From positions 12,414-76,413 of the forward strand of contig CALJLA010000211.1 in the NCBI GenBank assembly GCA_937983055.1: a DNA stretch of 64,000 nt. The letters run 5' to 3'. Both the position numbers and the translations under genes were made by a program. The notes under the pieces are model-generated. The model had not been told where the DNA came from and searched no databases. It saw nothing but the letters and a program-made list of their open reading frames with translations. Below, in pieces: positions 9,949-16,592 of the stretch. Position 1 is the first letter of the stretch; each line of letters starts with the position of its first letter. This stretch comes from an uncultured Pseudomonadota bacterium. GTDB lineage: Bacteria; Pseudomonadota; Gammaproteobacteria; Burkholderiales; Eutrophovitaceae.

Positions 9949-10691
9949 GCCCTAGTCTTGTACGGTACAGGCACAACGTCTAGGTCGCGTATCTCTTCGG
10001 AGATTGCTTCCATTATCCTCGCAAATCGTTCCGGGCCGGCCTGTGCCTGGATATCGTTAACCGACCGCCATGCCCCGAGGTACCGCTCTTTCGTCATCAA
10101 CTCCTGATGCGGCGCTTCCAGAAAGAGGAGACGATGAAAGTGGCCAGTACTTAACATCGTCTCTTCGATGCCTTGTGTGTATTTTGCGGAACCCGACGAG
10201 ATTCTTGTGATTCCAGGCACCATGTTGTGAATTCGGGCTTCTATCCGTTTGTGCAATTCGCTGTGCTCCAAATCTCTAGGATTCCAGAGCGCCGTGAAAA
10301 AGCCGCCCGGTCTCAAAATGCGGTGAAATTCCGGTAGCGAGAGTTCCGGCTTGGTCCAGTGAAACGAAGAAGCCATCAAAACCCAGTCTACGCAGCGATC
10401 CGGCAGCCCGGTGCATTCTGCAGTTCCCGCGGCCCACTTAAAGGCTTCTGTCGTCGTTCGCTGGTTAATGGCCTCGCTGCGCATCGCAGCGTTGGGCTCC
10501 ACAGCGTATCCTCGCAAACCGAGTTCACAGAGATTCTCGGTGAGCTTGCCCGTGCCGGCTCCTACGTCGGCTACCGTGAATCCTTCCCTGAATGCGCCGA
10601 CGTAAGCGGCAATCGCACCCAGCACTCTCGAAGAGTAACCAGTGCGGTGAATATAATCCTTGGCCAAACTCGTAAAATCTCCACGTTCCAC
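9927..10691 (-). CDS. class I SAM-dependent methyltransferase
   Basis: 254 aa with VADVGAGTGKLTENL (motif I) and a downstream VDWVLMASSFHW segment. Confidence 0.75.
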   Translation of the reverse strand: MERGDFTSLAKDYIHRTGYSSRVLGAIAAYVGAFREGFTVADVGAGTGKLTENLCELGLRGYAVEPNAAMRSEAINQRTTTEAFKWAAGTAECTGLPDRCVDWVLMASSFHWTKPELSLPEFHRILRPGGFFTALWNPRDLEHSELHKRIEARIHNMVPGITRISSGSAKYTQGIEETMLSTGHFHRLLFLEAPHQELMTKERYLGAWRSVNDIQAQAGPERFARIMEAISEEIRDLDVVPVPYKTRAWIVQAK

Positions 10692-10700
10692 AATGGCTCC

Positions 10701-11237
10701 TCACGTAAAAACGAGCCGACCGAACTTTGCAGACAACATTGCCACAATTTCTTCAGGTGTCTTGCCGCCGTCGTTGTCTATGACGAGTTCTGGACTGACT
10801 GGCTCTTCAACTGGCAAATCGACGCCCATCACATCTTTCACCTCACCGCGCAGCGCCCGACTGTAAAGTTGTTTTTGGTCCCGCTCGATCAGCACTTTCA
10901 TCGGCGCGCGCAAGTAGATCTCATGGTAGCCAGGAATTTGGCCACGGTTCCACTCTTGGCATTCGCGAAATAGCGAAATCGTCGCGCAAACCACATCGAT
11001 GCCCTGATCAGAGAGCATCTTGCATAACCTCGAATTGCGCATCGCGCTCTTGAGGCGCTCCTCACGGGAATGGCCCAAGTCATTGCCGAACACTTCGCGC
11101 AGGATGTCCCCGTCGAGGAACACGGAGGCCGGATGGCGCTCGCGCAGCAGTCCAAAAAACAGTCTTCCGATCGTAGTCTTGCCCGCGCCCGACAGACCGG
11201 TGAACCAGAAGACTCTGCCCGTTTTGACATCCATCAC
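10701..11237 (-). CDS. adenylylsulfate-kinase-fold kinase (CysC-like, or Cj1415-like CDP-phosphoramidate 3'-kinase)
   Basis: 178 aa with P-loop VFWFTGLSGAGKTTIG and LDGDILR. It deviates from the canonical CysC LDGDN / FISP motifs as I remember them (DGDI, TISLF here). It abuts the sulfotransferase-fold gene with no gap. Confidence 0.6.
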   Translation of the reverse strand: MMDVKTGRVFWFTGLSGAGKTTIGRLFFGLLRERHPASVFLDGDILREVFGNDLGHSREERLKSAMRNSRLCKMLSDQGIDVVCATISLFRECQEWNRGQIPGYHEIYLRAPMKVLIERDQKQLYSRALRGEVKDVMGVDLPVEEPVSPELVIDNDGGKTPEEIVAMLSAKFGRLVFT

Positions 11238-12362
11238 CTAAGTCCCCGACCCGATCACGCGCCGCACCCGTCGCAACAGCCCTCGTTTCAGGCGCGCTAG
11301 CGGTATCAGCTCCGGATCGGGCGGAACTGTCGAAGGCGTCACCTGAGCAAAACAGTCTCGAATTCGAGATTCTATGCTGGCGAGGTACTCGGCCAGGCTG
11401 GCCTTGAGCTGGGCCAGTTCGTAGGCGGGCAGATTGGCCCGCGTAATGAGGTCAGAATTCAGGGCCATGGCGAAGTCGACGGTTTGGCGAAAAGCGTCTT
11501 CCATAAACGAACTGTTGCCGGCCCGTTCTAGTACTGCAGGATCCAGGGTGACTTGCTCGAAGAATCGCAAGCACGATATGTGTCGTTCAAGAGGAATCGC
11601 AACTTCTTGCATCGCAGGGGAAGGATAGCCGAGCCGAAAGAGTAGGCCGGAGCAAAGTCGTTCGATGCGAGCAACGACACTGGGATCGATTGTTCCCGCC
11701 TGCCATTCCATCGGTCTGCCGGAGCGGTTGATGAGCTGAGCGTCTTCCGGGTGGTCGGCTCGATAGGCACGCTCGGCGGCAGCGGCACGATCAAAGGTCG
11801 AGTTCCGCACGGCTCGATCGACGTCGGCCGTATCAAATTCAAGACCCATCGCATTCAGGACGTTACGGAGCGTCCGCCCGGCGTCCGCCTTGTAGTCTTC
11901 GAATCGCACCACGGTCACCCGCGGGTGAGAGAGCCATCCTTCGTTGAACAGTTTCCAGTTCAAAACCTTGTCTAGCAGAGTATTCACGTCCGGAAACGCT
12001 GCAAACTCGGAAAAACTCAGCTGCGACCCTTCTCGCTTGTAGCGAGAGTAGAGCGCATCGCGCGGGTCCCTTACGAAATAGATGATTTCCGAGCCCGCGT
12101 ATCTATCCGATCTCCACTCGTGCATCCACTGCACTTGAATATCGTCACGGAAATCGAAACTCTCATGGTCGCTCAAGGCGGGCAGCCATTTTCGGAGCAG
12201 GTTTTCATGGGGACTGAGCGACCAACGACCTCTCGCGCGACGCCACATTCCGTCGGGCGAGTAGCGGAAAGTCTTGATTCCCAGCTCAAGTAGGCAGTTG
12301 ATCAGCCATGTCGCCCCCGAGGGCTCTCTTGGCGAGGCGAGATATACCTTTCTGCTAGCCAT
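11238..12362 (-). CDS. sulfotransferase-fold protein with ~150-aa helical C-terminal extension
   Basis: 374 aa. LASPREPSGATWL resembles the 5'-phosphosulfate-binding loop (PKxGTTW). YFVRDPRDALYS resembles the 3'-phosphate-binding RDPRD motif. The C-terminal third is Ala/Leu-rich (AYELAQLKASLAEYLASIESRIRD). Confidence 0.6.
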   Translation of the reverse strand: MASRKVYLASPREPSGATWLINCLLELGIKTFRYSPDGMWRRARGRWSLSPHENLLRKWLPALSDHESFDFRDDIQVQWMHEWRSDRYAGSEIIYFVRDPRDALYSRYKREGSQLSFSEFAAFPDVNTLLDKVLNWKLFNEGWLSHPRVTVVRFEDYKADAGRTLRNVLNAMGLEFDTADVDRAVRNSTFDRAAAAERAYRADHPEDAQLINRSGRPMEWQAGTIDPSVVARIERLCSGLLFRLGYPSPAMQEVAIPLERHISCLRFFEQVTLDPAVLERAGNSSFMEDAFRQTVDFAMALNSDLITRANLPAYELAQLKASLAEYLASIESRIRDCFAQVTPSTVPPDPELIPLARLKRGLLRRVRRVIGSGT

Positions 12363-13614
12363 TGAGCGAAAGGGTCCAATCTGCAGCGAGGTTCACAGCT
12401 CCCCAGCGCCCGTCGAAGGGAATCCCGCTCTTGAACGACGGCAGGACTTCGAACTGCTGGCAATTGTCGACCCACTCCAGAAACGTCGGCTTTTGGTCAA
12501 ATGCGCCAGCGGAAATCGTGTAGTTTCCCGGCATCAAGCCAAGACCACGCGTGCGAAAGGCAAGCCGGAAACGCCCCGGCGCAATCGCGACCGTTTCAAC
12601 ATCACGCTGATGTGAACTAAGCAGCGGCCGTCCGGCGGAATCGAACACGATGAGCCAGAACGAAACTTGCTCTGACGTGCCCGACTCCAGCGTGAACTCC
12701 ACTGAAAAGTCCTCGCCGATCAGGAAGGAGTTTGCAGGCTGACCCTCGCCATTGAATATCGAGGCAGACAGAAACCGCACACGACCGTCACCTCGGTTGC
12801 GCATCGCGGGCGTGATATCGACTGTCGTGTGCTTTTCGGCAACGCGATTGTACTCGGCCACAACTTCCATAGTCGCGCCGACGGACTGAACCGTTCCGAC
12901 CGAAAGAAGGACACATCGATTGCATAGCGCTGCTATGGTCCCCAGGTTGTGGCTGACGAAGAGCACGGTGCGCCCGGACTTGCCAATCTGCTCCATCTTG
13001 GCAAGGCATTTCTTCTGGAATAGCAGATCACCCACGGCGAGCACTTCGTCGACCACGAGGATCTCCGACTCCAGATTTGCGGCCACTGAGAACGCAAGGC
13101 GCACATACATGCCCGTCGAGTAGCGCTTTACCGGCGTGTCGAGGAACTTCTCCACTTCGGAAAAGGCGACGATCTCGTCGAACTTGCGGCGAATCTCGGC
13201 GTTAGTCATTCCAAGAATGGCGCCATTGAGAAAGATATTCTCGCGTCCCGTTAGCTCCGGATGGAAACCTGTGCCGACCTCCAGCAGGCTTGCCACGCGC
13301 CCCCTAATGATCGCCCGCCCGCGGCTCGGGTCAGTAATGCGGCTAAGGATTTTCAGCAACGTAGACTTGCCGGCACCATTGCGACCGATGATCCCGATTC
13401 GCTCCCCTTGCGCCACCTCGAACGAGACATCCTTGAGAGCCCAGAAACGTTCGGTCGAATTCTGGCTCGGGGTCTGCCTTTCGTGACTCGCGCGCCGGAA
13501 CATTGCGCGAACCGAATCGCTCACCACGTCACGAAGCGCGACGTATCGGCGATCCCGCTGATGCCGAATCAGGTACTGCTTCCCCAGCCCTTCTACTTTG
13601 ATTGACCATGCCAT
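12355..13614 (-). CDS. wzt: O-antigen/teichoic-type ABC exporter ATP-binding protein Wzt with C-terminal extension
   Basis: 419 aa with Walker A GRNGAGKSTLLK, signature YSTGM and Walker B ILVVDE. About 170 extra beta-rich C-terminal residues sit where Wzt carbohydrate-binding domains occur. Confidence 0.8.
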   Translation of the reverse strand: MAWSIKVEGLGKQYLIRHQRDRRYVALRDVVSDSVRAMFRRASHERQTPSQNSTERFWALKDVSFEVAQGERIGIIGRNGAGKSTLLKILSRITDPSRGRAIIRGRVASLLEVGTGFHPELTGRENIFLNGAILGMTNAEIRRKFDEIVAFSEVEKFLDTPVKRYSTGMYVRLAFSVAANLESEILVVDEVLAVGDLLFQKKCLAKMEQIGKSGRTVLFVSHNLGTIAALCNRCVLLSVGTVQSVGATMEVVAEYNRVAEKHTTVDITPAMRNRGDGRVRFLSASIFNGEGQPANSFLIGEDFSVEFTLESGTSEQVSFWLIVFDSAGRPLLSSHQRDVETVAIAPGRFRLAFRTRGLGLMPGNYTISAGAFDQKPTFLEWVDNCQQFEVLPSFKSGIPFDGRWGAVNLAADWTLSLNG

Positions 13615-13619
13615 GTGAG

Positions 13620-14447
13620 TCAGATCACGTCCGCGAACGAACGCTCTGTCTGACGAAAATAGATCACACCGGCCGCGAGCATGATCGTCGAGACCAAGAT
13701 GCTGGACACGAGTACTCCGGGGTCGAGAACATAGTTCGGAAGTAGACTCCAGCGGAAGCCTTCAATTATGCCAACCATCGGGTTAAGCGAATAAAGCCAG
13801 CGCCAATGCTCGGGAATAACCGCGAGGCCGAACCCCACTGGCGAAATGAACAAGCCAAACTGAATCATGAAAGGTACAACATAGCGAAAATCCCGATAGC
13901 GCACGTTCAGGGCAGCCAACAAAAGCGTAAGCCCAATTGACACGAGTATCGCTAACACCAGGAACGCTGGTAACAAGAATGCGCGTGGGCTCGGCAAGAA
14001 CTGATACCAGACCAAAAGAACGGCAAGAAGGGCCAGCGAAATGAGAAAATCGACGAAGCTCACGACCACTGCGCTGGCCGGCACAATCAGCCTGGGAAAG
14101 TAGACTTTGGAAATAATGTTTGCATTCTGGATCAGGCTGTTGCTTCCCTCAGAAACCGCATTGGCAAAGAAATGCCACGGCAGCATCGCGCAGAACACCA
14201 GAATCGGATAGGGAACTCCGTCGGAAGGCAGCCGTGCGATGCGGCCGAACACTATGGTGAAGACGACCATTGTGAGGATCGGCCGCAGCACACTCCACGC
14301 CACGCCGATGACGGTCTGTTTATAGCGCACGAGAATATCGCGCCAGGCCAGGAAAGCGAACAACTCGCGGTACGCCCAGAGGTCACGCCAGTAACGACGC
14401 TCGGTGCGGCCTGCCTCGATTACGATTTCCTGTTGGCTACTTGCCAT
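13620..14447 (-). CDS. wzm: ABC-2 type polysaccharide exporter permease Wzm
   Basis: 275 aa with six predicted TM segments. The N-terminus RDLWAYRELFAFLAWRDILVRYKQTVIGVAW is typical of the ABC-2 family, and the gene is adjacent to wzt. Confidence 0.8.
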   Translation of the reverse strand: MASSQQEIVIEAGRTERRYWRDLWAYRELFAFLAWRDILVRYKQTVIGVAWSVLRPILTMVVFTIVFGRIARLPSDGVPYPILVFCAMLPWHFFANAVSEGSNSLIQNANIISKVYFPRLIVPASAVVVSFVDFLISLALLAVLLVWYQFLPSPRAFLLPAFLVLAILVSIGLTLLLAALNVRYRDFRYVVPFMIQFGLFISPVGFGLAVIPEHWRWLYSLNPMVGIIEGFRWSLLPNYVLDPGVLVSSILVSTIMLAAGVIYFRQTERSFADVI

Positions 14448-14761
14448 TCCCGGTCTGCACTAGATTCGTTCAGCTTTCCAGCCTCGCGCTCAATCTCTGC
14501 CAGCTCGCGCTCTAGGCTTTCGTATTCGTCGAGTTTCAACTGCAGAAATCGCATATTGACTCTTGCCTTGTCTTTTATCCCTTTCGGGGTCAAGAAATGG
14601 AGATGCGACGGCTTGCTTTTATTCTGGCTAAAGGTGTCCACTTTTGTCAGCCCGTTCTCTGTGATGGTCCGAGAGAGGCGAACCCCCGCCGATAGTCGCG
14701 CAGGAGCCTGGGCCGCAAACCTCGATAAGCGTCGATCAAGCCGCCAGCGGCCGGCGTCCAT
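14420..14761 (-). CDS. EPS-associated MarR-like small regulator, possibly N-terminally truncated remnant
   Basis: The C-terminal two thirds (GLTKVDTFSQNKSKPSHLHFLTPKGIKDKARVNMRFLQLKLDEYESLERELAEIE) resemble the small EPS-locus MarR family. The N-terminal ~35 aa is R/A-rich, overlaps the end of the wecA paralog, and lies on the high-GC side of a GC break. Confidence 0.4.
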   Translation of the reverse strand: MDAGRWRLDRRLSRFAAQAPARLSAGVRLSRTITENGLTKVDTFSQNKSKPSHLHFLTPKGIKDKARVNMRFLQLKLDEYESLERELAEIEREAGKLNESSADREWQVANRKS

Positions 14762-15824
14762 GACGGCCGCGACGCGTTCGCCGAAGCCGCCTGAGCAGCC
14801 AGCGCCACTGCACAGACATCAGCCAAGATGCCGCGAGCAGCCCAAGAAAACCGTAAAACAGCCAGTAGTCAGGCACGCCGGCGCGCCACGCCAGGAACGC
14901 CATGGTCGCCAGCCCCAGCGCCAGTGAAAGCATCGTGAGCACGGCTGCGCCGGGCGACAGGTCGGCGGCAAGTAGCATATGGTAGAAGTGGTCGCGTCCT
15001 CCGCGGAAAGGGCTGTGGCCACGTCCAAGGCGTCGCAGGATCACGACACCCATGTCGATCAGCGGCACGGCCAGGAACCAGACTGCGACAATCGGCGGCA
15101 TGCGGTGCTCGCCGGCGCGGGCGACCTCGATGCTAAGCCATGTAAGCAGGAAGCCCAGAATCATGCTGCCAGAATCTCCCAGGAACACCCGCGCATGAGG
15201 CTGCCAGGGAAAACGCATATTCATCACCCAGAAAGCGGCGAGTACGGCAATTACGGTCAGCAACAACTGCAGCGATACGACCCGGCCGGTGAGCATCGCA
15301 CCGAACGCGAGAAACGCGAATGCCAGCAGGGCCAGTCCGGCGGCAAGTCCGTCGGCCCCATCGACAAGATTTATTGCGTTGATGAGACCCAGTAAAGCGA
15401 CGAGCGTAAACGGCACCGCCCAGTTGGGCAGAGATACGGGGCCAAAACCGAACAAGTCGCCGAGATGGAATACCGTGGTATGACCCCATGACACCATGAT
15501 CAGGCCGGCCACAAGCTGCGCGGCAAATTTCTGCCACGGGCTCAGGTCTCGCAGGTCGTCCAGCAGCCCGGCGATCATCAGCACCGCGAGGCCAGCGAGC
15601 AACGCGCGGTAGGGATACAGTGTGTCCACTAGCATCGGCGCTGCAAACAGCAAGCCGGCGAAGATCGCCGGACCGCCGATCAGCGGGATAGCGCCGCGGT
15701 GGCGCTTGCGCCGGCAAGGATGATCGACCAGGCCGACCCGCTCCGCCAGGTGCGACAGCAGGCGCACAAAGAACAAGGTCACAACGAATGCGGCGCCGTA
15801 GCGGATAAGATCGTCAGTACTCAT
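14736..15824 (-). CDS. WecA/WbpL-type polyprenyl-phosphate HexNAc-1-phosphate transferase, paralog 2
   Basis: Start taken at ATG 15824 (MSTDDLIRYGAAF...), because the longer ORF to 15989 overlaps the upstream GT2. It has the same motifs as paralog 1 (AGLLDDLRDL, NAINLVDGADGLAAG, VFLGDSGSMILGF). Identity to paralog 1 is about 60% by eye. Confidence 0.85.
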   Translation of the reverse strand: MSTDDLIRYGAAFVVTLFFVRLLSHLAERVGLVDHPCRRKRHRGAIPLIGGPAIFAGLLFAAPMLVDTLYPYRALLAGLAVLMIAGLLDDLRDLSPWQKFAAQLVAGLIMVSWGHTTVFHLGDLFGFGPVSLPNWAVPFTLVALLGLINAINLVDGADGLAAGLALLAFAFLAFGAMLTGRVVSLQLLLTVIAVLAAFWVMNMRFPWQPHARVFLGDSGSMILGFLLTWLSIEVARAGEHRMPPIVAVWFLAVPLIDMGVVILRRLGRGHSPFRGGRDHFYHMLLAADLSPGAAVLTMLSLALGLATMAFLAWRAGVPDYWLFYGFLGLLAASWLMSVQWRWLLRRLRRTRRGRHGRRPLAA

Positions 15825-16575
15825 CGGGCCGCCGGAAAAATTGGCCAACACGCCAACCCAGCTTGCGCGCAATCCAGAGCGGGGTTCGGGCGATGCCGAA
15901 GCGTCGGGCGATCTGCCAGGACTCGTGATTTCCGCGATAGATATTGCGTAGCGACCGGGTAGACTGCCCGCCGCTGCGCATTCGCACAAGCACTTGGGGA
16001 ATGTGTACTGAGCGGATCTTGCGCTCGATGAACAGTCGCACCATCAGGTCGAAATCGGCATGGTAGCGGTAGCGCAGATCAAAGCCACCCATATCTCGTA
16101 GGAGTGAAGTGCGGACGAAGAGTGTCGGATGCGCCGGGTGCCACCCAGCTTCAAACATGCCGGGCGTGAAGGCTTTTGATCGCCAGTAACGCAGCACGCG
16201 CTGCGGATCGCTACGTTTAACATAGATTAAGTCCGCATGTGCAGCCTCGACGTCGCTCTCTGAAAGGGCCTCGGCGACTGCCTCTAAGGCACGATCGTGA
16301 TGATACACATCGTCCGCGTTCAGGAAACCAAGGTAGTCGCCACTCGCCGCCGCGATTCCCTTGTTCATGGCGTCGTACAGCCCGCGGTCCGGTTCCGAGA
16401 TCAAACGCGCGAAACTGCTGCGATAGCGCTCCAGGACCGCCAATGTGCCGTCGCTCGAGGCCCCGTCTACGACGATGTGCTCGACTTCGCGCCAGGTCTG
16501 GCAGCGCACCGACTCCACCGCCTCGGCGATGGTGTTCTGTGCATTCAGGCAGACCGTGACTACAGTTAGCTTCAT
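15814..16575 (-). CDS. family 2 glycosyltransferase
   Basis: 253 aa with LTVVTVCLNAQNTIAEAVESVRCQTWREVEHIVVDGASSDGT and NADDVY (DxD). Confidence 0.8.
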   Translation of the reverse strand: MKLTVVTVCLNAQNTIAEAVESVRCQTWREVEHIVVDGASSDGTLAVLERYRSSFARLISEPDRGLYDAMNKGIAAASGDYLGFLNADDVYHHDRALEAVAEALSESDVEAAHADLIYVKRSDPQRVLRYWRSKAFTPGMFEAGWHPAHPTLFVRTSLLRDMGGFDLRYRYHADFDLMVRLFIERKIRSVHIPQVLVRMRSGGQSTRSLRNIYRGNHESWQIARRFGIARTPLWIARKLGWRVGQFFRRPDEY

Positions 16576-16592
16576 GACAACTTTTCGGCAGT

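Noticed and set aside
10701-11237. A simple annotation as assimilatory cysC.
   Set aside because: This is not fully rejected. However, the gene sits inside a glycan-modification operon next to Cj1416/1417/1418-like genes, with no cysDN nearby, and it departs from the CysC motifs as I remember them. I therefore left it as an APS-kinase fold with two possible substrates.
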